Notes under the pieces: model-generated
Databases searched by the model: none
What the model saw: only the letters and a program-made list of their open reading frames with translations
What the model was told of the DNA's origin: nothing
Shown here: piece after piece, positions 10,271 through 18,888 of the stretch
Layout: each line of letters starts with the position of its first letter
Position numbering within the stretch: position 1 is the first letter of the stretch
Made by a program: the position numbers and the translations under genes
NCBI GenBank assembly: GCA_028819255.1
Contig: JAPPMB010000164.1
Coordinates: 6,109 to 70,108 of the forward strand
Direction of reading: 5' to 3'
Origin: Bryobacterales bacterium
Lineage (GTDB): Bacteria; Acidobacteriota; Terriglobia; Bryobacterales; UBA6623
DNA length: 64,000 bases

Positions 10271-10785
10271 TGGCCGGTACCATCGGCCGGAGGGTGGCGG
10301 ACGGCTCCCGCCTCAGAGGGGGCGCCCTCATCGGAGCCGCTGCCCTGCTCGCCGTCTCCCTGATCCTGCAGGTCGTTCTCCCGACATGGATTCCGGCCGC
10401 GGGCCTGCTCAATCTGCCGCTGCTCGCGGCGGTCTTCTGCATGGTCGCATCCGGCTCGGTCGTCTCCGCCATGATCCTCGGAACGCTCGTTGGATGGGCC
10501 TATGACGGACTGACACACGGCCCGCTGGGCGCATTCGGGGTTGTATATGCAGTGCTCGGCTACCTCGCGGCCTCTGCCGGCCGGACCATCCAGGTCAACA
10601 TCCCCGCGGTCCTCGGCCTGGTGGTCGGCCTGCTCTATATTGCACACGAGCTCATGGCGTATGCGATGCACGAATTCGTGCTGGGCGGGCACACGATCTT
10701 TGAGCCGGGTCTGTGGCTGGTCCTGGCCGCCCTCCACGGAGGTGCGGCGGTACTCGCCTACCCCCTCCTCGGCAGGCTGGGCTGA
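10270..10785 (+). CDS. mreD: rod shape-determining protein MreD
   Basis: 171-aa polytopic membrane ORF. Overlaps the mreC stop by 1 nt (TAATG). Called from position and hydrophobic profile. Confidence 0.7.
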   Translation: MAGTIGRRVADGSRLRGGALIGAAALLAVSLILQVVLPTWIPAAGLLNLPLLAAVFCMVASGSVVSAMILGTLVGWAYDGLTHGPLGAFGVVYAVLGYLAASAGRTIQVNIPAVLGLVVGLLYIAHELMAYAMHEFVLGGHTIFEPGLWLVLAALHGGAAVLAYPLLGRLG

Positions 10786-10849
10786 GGTGGCGCCGCTTTT
10801 TCGGACCGTGGGCCAAGGTGTGCTTCGCCGGAGCAGCAGGGCAACAATC

Positions 10850-11131
10850 GTGGCGAAGACACGGCGGTCCACGGCGGGTCTCGAGGCGCAGGCGGCAATG
10901 GAGGCGCTGCGCGAGGATTAGGACGCCGCCGGGGATTGCAGCACGGCGTCAGCCGCATCCGAACCAGGCGGGCCAGTGGAAGCGCAAGGCGCGCGAGGGG
11001 CCGGCGGGCGCCTTCGAGGGAGCCCGTCCGAAGGGCGGTGCACGCACGAGAAGGAGATCCGGTCGCTGCACGCGAAGATCGGGCAGCTGGTGATGGACCG
11101 GGATTTCCTGGAGGCAGCGCTCGAGCGCTAA
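10850..11131 (+). mobile_element. decayed IS3-family transposase OrfA (HTH) relic
   Basis: Pieces in three frames: VAKTRRSTAGLEAQAAMEALRED-TAG; GIAARRQPHPNQAGQWKRKAREGPAGAFEG; HEKEIRSLHAKIGQLVMDRDFLEAALER-TAA. Carries an in-frame stop and at least two frameshifts. No OrfB follows. Confidence 0.65.
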
Positions 11132-11426
11132 GCCGGGCGGCCGCACCGGGCCGCGCCATCGCATCCTCCGAGGCCCATCCACCACGCCTTCCACTTGTCG
11201 GCAGCCCCCGCCACGCCTTCCGGTCTGGATTCTCGCCTGGACACGCGCCAGTTTCTTGCCCTCCGCACCGTCGACATCCCACCCAAACCAGTCCCGGAAC
11301 CGCTTTGGCTCAGCCCTGTCCCTCTGCTAAACTTCTGCCTATCGGCAGTCGAGCAGAGTTCCGGGATACACCCTGAATCTGCCGATTGGCCGTCCAAACA
11401 ACCGGCACACCTCAGCCGGGGTCCGG

Positions 11427-13274
11427 ATGAACTGGCCTCAGAAGCTGCGAAGGCGCTCGCTGAGCGTCCGAATGGCCCAGTTCCGGGTCGTCTCGACGGT
11501 CCTCTTCGTCCTGTTGCTGGTCGCCTTCTGGGAAATCCAGGTTGTCAACAGCGACTTCTACCGGAACCAGGCAAGACAGAACCGCATCAAGACCATTCCG
11601 ATCCCCGCGGCGCGCGGCAACATCATGGCCCGGGACGGCCGCGTTCTGGCCCAGAGCCGGGTTGCTCTTTCGGCGATGATCGACCCCTCGCACACCTCGC
11701 CGGAAAGGCTGCCCAGGATTGCCCACGGACTCGGGCTCGAACCCGAATTCCTCGAGGCGCGGCTCGCCGAAGGGTCCCAGTACAGCAGGTCGAACCACTT
11801 CGTTCTCAAGGAGAACCTCACGTCCGCGGACCTGGCGTTCCTGCACGCGCACCGGAGCGAGTTTCGGGAGATCGACCTGATCAGGGGCATGCGTCGACAG
11901 TACCCGGCAACCGCGGTCTCGGTGCATACGATCGGGTACGTCGGAGAGGTGAGCAAGCACGAGCTCAACCAGCGCGAATACCTGCTGCACGACTACGGCG
12001 CCGAGATCGGCAAGAGCGGAGTGGAGCGCCAGTACGACCGCTGGCTGGCCGGCGAGAACGGGAGCCTCGAGTACCTCGTCGACAGTCTCGGACGCCAGCT
12101 GCTGACGGCCGGTCGAGTCGAACCGGTTCCCGGCAACGACCTCACTCTGACGATCGATCTGGACCTGCAGTCCGTGGCCGAGCTGGGTCTGGAAGGCCGC
12201 AAGGGCGCCGTTGTGGCCCTGGACCCGCGCAACGGGGAGATTCTGGCGCTGGCGAGCGCACCGGCCTTCGCTCCAAACAAGTTCGTGGAGGGATTCTCGA
12301 GGGATGAGTGGTTCGCCCTCGACGGCGACCCCCGGAAGCCGATGCTGAACCGGGCGATTCAGGGGACGTACGCCATGGGCTCGGTCTTCAAGCCGATCCA
12401 CGGGCTGGCCGGCCTGGAATCGGACCACGCCAGAGACGACTTCAAGGTGCACTGCACCGGCGGGATGCAGTTCGGCGGGCGCTTTTTCGGCTGCCACAAG
12501 CATGACGGTCACGGTCTTGTCGACTTGCGGCGGGCGATCGCAGTCTCCTGCGACGTCTACTTCTACCGTCTGGGCCATCAGCTGAAGGTCGAGAAACTGG
12601 CCGAGTACGCGAGAATAGCCGGTCTTGGCGCCAGGACCGGCGTGGACCTGCCCGACGAGGCGTCCGGGCTCGTGCCGTCGATCCGGTGGAAGGTCCGCAA
12701 CACCCTCCGGCCCTGGCATCCCGGCGAGACGATCGTTTTGGCCATCGGCCAGGGGGCGATGTCCGTCACGCCCCTGCAGGCCGCCCACGCCATCGGGGGC
12801 CTGGCGATGGGCGGAGTGTGGCACCAGCCCCATCTTGTCTCGCGCGAGCAGTCGGGCCTGATCGATCCGGGAGGCCTGCCGGTCCCGCCCCGCATCCGTC
12901 TGATCGATCCGGAACATCTCGAGGCCCTTCGCCAGGCGATGTCCGACGTGGTGAACGGCGGAGGCACCGGCGGGCAGGCCCGTGTCAGGGGTCTTGAGGT
13001 GTGCGGGAAGACGGGGACCTCGCAGCGGGTGTCGAACAGCCTGCGACTTGCGACCCAGCGGGAGGAATTCGAGGACGACGCCTGGTTCGTCGGATTTGCG
13101 CCGTGCCGCAGCCCCCAGATCGTGGTGGCCGGGCTCCTCGAGAACGGCCGGAAGAGCTCATACGCTGCGGCGCTTGTCCGGGACGTGATCCAGGTCTGGC
13201 ATCTGAACCGCAGCCGCAGGCACACGTCCGTGCCTGACGGCTCTCTGGACCGTTCGGAAGGGATCGAGGGGTGA
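11427..13274 (+). CDS. mrdA: penicillin-binding protein 2 (elongasome transpeptidase)
   Basis: 615-aa ORF with N-terminal TM anchor. SxxK motif GSVFKPI and KTGT motif CGKTGTSQ. Adjacent to and overlapping rodA. Confidence 0.9.
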   Translation: MNWPQKLRRRSLSVRMAQFRVVSTVLFVLLLVAFWEIQVVNSDFYRNQARQNRIKTIPIPAARGNIMARDGRVLAQSRVALSAMIDPSHTSPERLPRIAHGLGLEPEFLEARLAEGSQYSRSNHFVLKENLTSADLAFLHAHRSEFREIDLIRGMRRQYPATAVSVHTIGYVGEVSKHELNQREYLLHDYGAEIGKSGVERQYDRWLAGENGSLEYLVDSLGRQLLTAGRVEPVPGNDLTLTIDLDLQSVAELGLEGRKGAVVALDPRNGEILALASAPAFAPNKFVEGFSRDEWFALDGDPRKPMLNRAIQGTYAMGSVFKPIHGLAGLESDHARDDFKVHCTGGMQFGGRFFGCHKHDGHGLVDLRRAIAVSCDVYFYRLGHQLKVEKLAEYARIAGLGARTGVDLPDEASGLVPSIRWKVRNTLRPWHPGETIVLAIGQGAMSVTPLQAAHAIGGLAMGGVWHQPHLVSREQSGLIDPGGLPVPPRIRLIDPEHLEALRQAMSDVVNGGGTGGQARVRGLEVCGKTGTSQRVSNSLRLATQREEFEDDAWFVGFAPCRSPQIVVAGLLENGRKSSYAAALVRDVIQVWHLNRSRRHTSVPDGSLDRSEGIEG

Positions 13275-14380
13275 GAGCGCCGGCAGGGCAGGGCAGGGGC
13301 GGCCGCCTCAAGGACATGGACTGGACCATGTGCGGGCTCGTGGTCGCGATCTCTGTCGCGGGTCTGGTGCAGGTCTACAGCGCCACGGTGAACACGCGGT
13401 TTCAGGACGCCTTCGCAAGTCACGCCTGGTGGCTGCTGCTCGGCGGCGTGATGTTCTGGATCGCGTCCCGCCTCGACTACCACATCAGCGTCAGCGTCTC
13501 GCCCCTGCTGTGGATCGCGGGGGTGCTCGGCCTGATCGCCGTACTGCTGTTTGCGGAGCCTGTTAACGGGGCGCGGCGCTGGCTGTCCACGCCGTTCGGT
13601 TTCTCGCTGCAGCCCTCCGAGTTCCTCAAGGTGGTGCTAGTCTTGGTAGTGGTAAAGTACTGGGCCGAGCATTCGACCAAGTCGTTGAGTCCCCGCGGGC
13701 TGGCCATCCTTGCAGCGGCAGTTCTCGTGCCGTTCGTGCTGATCGTGCTTCAGCCGGACCTGGGCACCGCCCTCAGCATGCTTCCGGTCCTCGGCATGGC
13801 GCTGTTCATGTCGACGATCCGCAGGAAACACCTGGTGGCGGTGTGCGTGGTGGGCGTCCTGCTTTCTCCAGTCGCGTGGTCCATGCTCAAGCCCTATCAG
13901 AAGGATCGCATCACAGGCTTCATGGATCCGGACAAGTCCCCCCTCGACGCCGGATACCAGATCCTGCAGTCCAAGATCGCCGTCGGCTCGGGCGGGATCT
14001 GGGGACAGGGATTCGTTCAGGGCTCGCAGACGCAGCTGCGTTTTCTGCCGACACCGCACACGGACTTCATCTTGGCGGCATTCGCCGAGGAGCGGGGGTT
14101 CGTCGGTGTGGCCGTCGTGCTCGCGCTGTACTACGCCCTGCTCATGCGCATCGTGCAAACCGGGAATCTGGCGACGGACGCGGCAGGGATGCTGATCTCC
14201 ATGACCGTCGCGGTCCTATTGCTTTTTCACGTAGTGGTCAATGTCGGGATGGTGGCCCACAAGCTGCCGGTCACAGGCCTGCCGTTGCCGCTGATGAGTT
14301 ACGGGGGATCCAACCTGGTGGCCTTCCTGGCGATGCTGGGCTTGGTCCACAACGTGCGGCAGCGCCGCATCGTGAACTGA
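13271..14380 (+). CDS. rodA: peptidoglycan glycosyltransferase RodA (SEDS family)
   Basis: GTGA overlap with mrdA. Polytopic. Conserved strings QPSEFLKV, HTDFILAAFAEERGF, LPLPLMSYGGSN. An alternative start is ATG 13316. Confidence 0.9.
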   Translation: MRAPAGQGRGGRLKDMDWTMCGLVVAISVAGLVQVYSATVNTRFQDAFASHAWWLLLGGVMFWIASRLDYHISVSVSPLLWIAGVLGLIAVLLFAEPVNGARRWLSTPFGFSLQPSEFLKVVLVLVVVKYWAEHSTKSLSPRGLAILAAAVLVPFVLIVLQPDLGTALSMLPVLGMALFMSTIRRKHLVAVCVVGVLLSPVAWSMLKPYQKDRITGFMDPDKSPLDAGYQILQSKIAVGSGGIWGQGFVQGSQTQLRFLPTPHTDFILAAFAEERGFVGVAVVLALYYALLMRIVQTGNLATDAAGMLISMTVAVLLLFHVVVNVGMVAHKLPVTGLPLPLMSYGGSNLVAFLAMLGLVHNVRQRRIVN

Positions 14381-14670
14381 ATATTGCTTGCCGGCCCCGG
14401 CAGCGACGCCGGCACAGAGAAAGAAAGGGTAAAACGGGAAGGACCCGGCCAGCGGATCACGGATCCGGGCGGACGTGGAGCGTGCGAGCCCCGTCAGACG
14501 CGGAGGCTCCGCCCACTGTCGCAGGCCCGGGCGGATCCGGGCCGGCCCGCGGAAGGCCGCGACGCGGCGGGAGAGCGAATTTGGCTGACGGGATGCAGGA
14601 ATGAACTTGCGAACTGCAGCTGTGCGCCCGCCGGCCGGCGCCCGCCTTCCGAACTTCCCTGGGGAATCCC

Positions 14671-16989
14671 ATGTCGCAGGAACTGGTCATCTCATCGAAT
14701 CCAATCGAGACGGCTGTGGCGGTCTTGGAGGATGATCGCCTCGTCGAGGTCCACGTCGAGCACCACGCGAGAAAGGCGCTGACAGGGAGCATCTACAAGG
14801 GCCGCGTGACCCGCGTCTTGCCGGGCATGCAGTCCGCGTTCGTCAATCTTGGGCTCCAGCGCGATGCGTTTCTTTACGTGACGGACGTCCTTGACCCCTC
14901 CGAAGGCATCGGGGAGGATCTCGACGCCGGGCCGATCAAGGCGGAGCCTATCCCGCCCCTGCGCGCAGCGAAGAAGGACTCCGGAAAGAGCCCCGGGCCG
15001 GCCACGTCTAGGGCCGCCGATGGAGGATCCGGCCAGGCAGCCGGGTCGACCAGATCGTCCCGCCGGCGCCGACGCCGACGCCGGACCAGGCGCCGAGCGA
15101 GTCGCGCGAAGGCTGCGCCGCCCGTGAAGGAGGAGGCGAAAGAGGACGTCAAGGAGGAGCCGGCCTCCGGCAGCCCGGCGCAGGACGCGCGCGATGAGGG
15201 CGCGCCGGTGCTGCCCGGGGAGTCGATCGCCAAGTATCGCAACGCGCCGCGCGACGAGGCGCCGAAACGGGAAGCGGGCACGGCCAGGTGCGCCGACAGT
15301 CCGGGCGCCGACGCGCCGCCGAGGCGGGAGCCCGGGCAGGACGCGCAGGCCACGGGTCCGCCGCCCGAAGAGCCGCCGAAGCGCAGCGCATCGGTGTCCG
15401 GGCCGTCGGCCTTGTCCGAACTGAGGCTCGGAGTTCTCAAGTGGATCAGACGCAAGGTGGAGACTTCCGAGCCGACTCCTCCCAAGCCTGCCCCCACCAA
15501 GCAGCCGGCGCGAGAGCCGCAGGCGGAGAAGCGGACCTCCCAGCCCCGGAAGCGCCAGCGGCCCAGACGGCGCAGGCCGAAGGCGCAGCCCCGGCAGGCG
15601 CGTGGCGGCGGACCCGCCCCCGGATCTCCGCCCCAGCCCGGCAAGAGGCGTTCGGGCCGGCGGCGCAGGCCGGCGAGGCGGTCGCAGGGCGGCCGTGCGC
15701 AGGCCGGCGCCAAGAGCGGTGGGTCCAGGCGCGGCGGGATTCCGCCCAGGGAGCGGCAGCCGAGCCCTCAGGCCAACATCAAGGACCTCCTCAAGCCCGG
15801 CCAGGAAGTGCTGGTCCAGGTCAACAAGGAGCCCGTTGGCGCCAAGGGCGCCCGGATCACCTCGCACGTCTCGCTGCCCGGTCGCTACATGATCTACATG
15901 ACGACAGCCAAGCACAACGGCGTCGCCCGGAAGATCCAGCCCCACACGGAGCGCAAGCGCCTGCGGGGGATCGTCGACAAGCACTCCGCCGACAAGGCCG
16001 GCGGATTCGTCGTCCGGACCGCGGCCCGCGGCGTGAGCGAGGACGTCCTGGTTTCCGACATGGATTTCCTTTACAAGCTCTGGTCCGGGCTGCAGGAGAA
16101 GGCGCTACAGAGAAAGGCTCCCGCCAAGCTCCACAGCGACCTGGACATCGTCGAGCGCATGCTGCGGGACAACCTCGGGCAGGACTGCAAGCGCGTGTGG
16201 GTGGACTCCGACGACGAGTTCGAGCGCATCATGCGCTTCTTCGAGCGGTTCGCGCCGGACATGGCCGGCCGGGTCAAGCTCTACTCGCGACCGCAGCCCA
16301 TCCACGACGCGTTCGGCATCACGAAGGATCTGGAGCGGGCGCTCCGACCCAAGGTCTGGCTCAAGTCCGGAGGCTACGTCGTCATCAACCAGACGGAGGC
16401 CCTCGTGGCGATCGACGTCAACACGGGCAGGTACGTCGGCAAGTCCAACCGTCTGGAAGACACCGTCCTGAAGACGAATCTCGAAGCTGCGGAGGAAATC
16501 GCGCGACAGCTGCGTCTGCGCGACCTGGGCGGAATCATCGTGATCGACTTCATCGACATGGAAGACCGCAAGAACCGGCAGGCCGTCCATCAGGTGCTGC
16601 AGGAGGCGCTCAGGAAGATGCGTTCGCCGTCCCGGGTGCTGCCCTTCAACGATTTCGGACTGGTCGTCATCACGAGGAAGGCGGTCCGCAAGTCGCTCGA
16701 GAGGGCGCTGTGCATCCCGTGTCCCACCTGTTCCGGGTCCGGAACCGTCAAGTCGTCCGCCACCGTCCTTTCGGAGATATTCTCCGCCGGGGACCGGCTC
16801 GCGGCGAACAGCAAGAAGCGGAACGGGCGGAAGAGCTCGGACGTGACACTGCGGGTCCATCCGGAGATCGCCAAGTCGCTCAAGCGGAAGTCAAGCTCGC
16901 ACCTGGAGGATCTGGAGTCCATCGTGGGCCGCGGCGTGATCGTGCATGGAGACTCCTCGATGCATCTCGGGCAGTTCACGCTCCGGTAG
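14671..16989 (+). CDS. rng: ribonuclease E/G family endoribonuclease with large disordered insertion in the S1 domain
   Basis: S1 start GSIYKGRVTRVLPGMQSAFVNLGLQRDAFLYV. Resumes at NIKDLLKPGQEVLVQVNKEPVGAKGARITSHVSLPGRYMIYM. Catalytic strings AIDVNTGRY and IIVIDFIDM. Zn-link CPTCSGSG. Sits after the mre cluster, as rng does in E. coli. Confidence 0.9.
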   Translation: MSQELVISSNPIETAVAVLEDDRLVEVHVEHHARKALTGSIYKGRVTRVLPGMQSAFVNLGLQRDAFLYVTDVLDPSEGIGEDLDAGPIKAEPIPPLRAAKKDSGKSPGPATSRAADGGSGQAAGSTRSSRRRRRRRRTRRRASRAKAAPPVKEEAKEDVKEEPASGSPAQDARDEGAPVLPGESIAKYRNAPRDEAPKREAGTARCADSPGADAPPRREPGQDAQATGPPPEEPPKRSASVSGPSALSELRLGVLKWIRRKVETSEPTPPKPAPTKQPAREPQAEKRTSQPRKRQRPRRRRPKAQPRQARGGGPAPGSPPQPGKRRSGRRRRPARRSQGGRAQAGAKSGGSRRGGIPPRERQPSPQANIKDLLKPGQEVLVQVNKEPVGAKGARITSHVSLPGRYMIYMTTAKHNGVARKIQPHTERKRLRGIVDKHSADKAGGFVVRTAARGVSEDVLVSDMDFLYKLWSGLQEKALQRKAPAKLHSDLDIVERMLRDNLGQDCKRVWVDSDDEFERIMRFFERFAPDMAGRVKLYSRPQPIHDAFGITKDLERALRPKVWLKSGGYVVINQTEALVAIDVNTGRYVGKSNRLEDTVLKTNLEAAEEIARQLRLRDLGGIIVIDFIDMEDRKNRQAVHQVLQEALRKMRSPSRVLPFNDFGLVVITRKAVRKSLERALCIPCPTCSGSGTVKSSATVLSEIFSAGDRLAANSKKRNGRKSSDVTLRVHPEIAKSLKRKSSSHLEDLESIVGRGVIVHGDSSMHLGQFTLR

Positions 16990-17033
16990 CTGCCGGGGCG
17001 GGCCGCTCCACCGGCGGGCGCAGCCGGAGGAAG

Positions 17034-17690
17034 TCATCCGAACTCCGCTTCGAACTGCGAGCGCAGGTATCGGAAGTCCGTCTCGATCGCCTGTATCGTC
17101 CTGTCGATGCGCTGGGCCTCGGTGGGTGTCTCGATCCCGTACTCGACATGCGGGGAGATCGGGCGGCAAAGCCGCTTGCGGCACGCATCCGGAAGAACTT
17201 CGGGTAGTCCACCATGCCCTGTCCCAGCGGGCACATCCTGACCCTCCACGTCCGCCTGGATCCGGGCAAGATGGCCGGCACGATCGTCGAAACCGCGTAG
17301 CGGCAGTAGCCGATCTTGTAGCGCGGGATTCCCAGCCTCGCAGCAGTGCAGAGCGTGGAGCGCGCGGCCGGGTCGTTGCGGGAGAGCAGGCCCGTGGTGG
17401 CCATCGGCAGCCCGATCCCATTGCTCGCCTGCGCCCCGTGCGTGTGCGGCAGGTCGCGCTTGACGTTCTCCGGCGGGACGTGGCCGCGCGGTCGGACGGT
17501 CAGGTCCGCCCCTCCGAATCCCAAGCTTCGGAGGGTGCTCGCGAGCTCCCTCTAGCCCAGACGCGGAAGATGCTTCGCAAAGAGGCAGAGGACCGGCTTC
17601 CCCTTGCCGCCCTTCGACGCCGCCGGGGCGGCAAGTGCGGGCGCAAGCGCCTCTCGCGGCGCTCCAGTCCACGCATTGCGACGGGGATCA
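17034..17690 (-). pseudogene. decayed sugar phosphate isomerase/epimerase-like (TIM barrel) gene
   Basis: Minus-strand reading: ...ALAPALAAPAASKGGKGKPVLCLFAKHLPRLG-TAG(17552-17554)-RELASTLRSLGFGGADLTVRPRGHVPPENVKRDLP...MCPLGQGMVDYPKFF. It then shifts frame to ISPHVEYGIETPTEAQRIDRTIQAIETDFRYLRSQF. No start codon in the N-terminal frame. Too short, so an internal deletion is likely. Confidence 0.45.
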
Positions 17691-17713
17691 TGGGCGGTCG
17701 ATGTCCGGTGGTC

Positions 17714-18736
17714 CTACCTCGCCCTGTGCTCGTCGCGCCAACGCACGGCCGCGTCCATCAGCTCTCCGGGCGCGTACCGGTCGCGCAGCCCGGGGTAGGC
17801 CTGATCGACTTCCCTCTTCCACTCGGCAATGGCATCCGCATCCGCTTCGACGACGTTCAGGCCGTACTTCGCCATTTCCTCGATTGCGGCGGCTTCCTGG
17901 TCTCGTACGGCTTCCTGGACCTCCCGCGCCGCGGCCTCGGCGGCCTCTTCCATCAGCAACCGCTGCTCCTCGGGAATGGCCTCCCAGGTCTCGTTGGCGA
18001 TGAGCACGGCGCCGACGATCGGCAGAAAGCGCATGTTGAGCATGTGGGGGGCCGATGCGAACCACTGGTATCCCGCGGCGACCAGCGGCGGCACGGCGAA
18101 GACCTCGACTAGGCCGGTCTCGAGGTTGGCCTGCAGCTCCGTCAGGTCGAGTGGCACCGCGTTGAGGCCGAATTCGGAATAGAGACGGAGCATCTCGTCG
18201 TCGCCCTTGGACGTGTAGAGCTTCATATCCCGCAGTTCGGTGGGCGTGCGGAATTCCCGGACTGCGAAGAAGTAGGCCCAGCCCGCGTCGCCCCAGCCCA
18301 GGACCGTGAATCCCTTGGCGTGCAGTCTGTCTTCCAGCGTCGGCGCCAGCTTGGACCGAACAAAGTCGAACTCCTCCAGGGAGTCGAACATCAGCGGGAC
18401 CTGCAGCGCACTGATGCCCTCGTCCAGAAACGACATCCCGCTGCCTGAGATGAGTGCGCCCTGCATCTGCCCGGCGCGCATCTTGCGCAGCATCGTGACT
18501 TCGTCGCCGGCAACGCCCCCGGGATAGATCGTGAGGTCTACGGCTCCGGCCGAGATCTCGCGCCACGTCTGGCGCATGCGCAGGAGCACCTCGTGGTAGA
18601 CGCTGTTCTTCGGCGCGATCGTGCCGAGCTTGATCTTGTTCACGCGGCGCCGCTGGGCAGGCGCCGGCTCCACAAGCGCGGCAACCGCGACCATGGCCGC
18701 AAGCGCGGCGCAAGCGGCCAGATGAAGCCTTCTCAT
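17714..18736 (-). CDS. TRAP-type periplasmic solute-binding protein (DctP family)
   Basis: ATG 18736 is preceded by GAGGAG. Signal peptide MRRLHLAACAALAAMVAVAAL. DctP-like strings KLGTIAPKNSVYHEVLLRM, TIYPGGVAGDE, ALQVPLMFDS. Confidence 0.85.
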   Translation of the reverse strand: MRRLHLAACAALAAMVAVAALVEPAPAQRRRVNKIKLGTIAPKNSVYHEVLLRMRQTWREISAGAVDLTIYPGGVAGDEVTMLRKMRAGQMQGALISGSGMSFLDEGISALQVPLMFDSLEEFDFVRSKLAPTLEDRLHAKGFTVLGWGDAGWAYFFAVREFRTPTELRDMKLYTSKGDDEMLRLYSEFGLNAVPLDLTELQANLETGLVEVFAVPPLVAAGYQWFASAPHMLNMRFLPIVGAVLIANETWEAIPEEQRLLMEEAAEAAAREVQEAVRDQEAAAIEEMAKYGLNVVEADADAIAEWKREVDQAYPGLRDRYAPGELMDAAVRWRDEHRAR

Positions 18737-18888
18737 CAACACTCCTCGAAGCGGCAAACCCTACCGGCGGGCAGTCCGCTCAAGCGGCGAGTCTGACGCC
18801 GGACCCGTCCGCGCCGGCGACAGGCGGCCTGGAAGGCCGCTGGCCGCTCCCCCAATAGTTGTCCCAGTCCCCAGTATAGGTCCCGGTC

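Noticed and set aside
9182-12917. Large antisense ORFs over mreC and mrdA (9182-10108 minus, 11412-12917 minus) and 11195-12307 plus.
   Set aside because: They overlap strongly supported genes and show no recognisable domains.
15040-15760. Repetitive GC-rich DNA that could be mistaken for a repeat array or CRISPR.
   Set aside because: There is no regular repeat-spacer periodicity. It is in-frame low-complexity coding sequence of the RNase insertion.
14692-17207. 430-aa and 639-aa ORFs overlapping the RNase E/G gene (14692-15984 minus, 15288-17207 plus).
   Set aside because: They have low-complexity Arg/Ala/Pro composition mirroring the GC-rich insertion. The RNase frame carries all conserved motifs.
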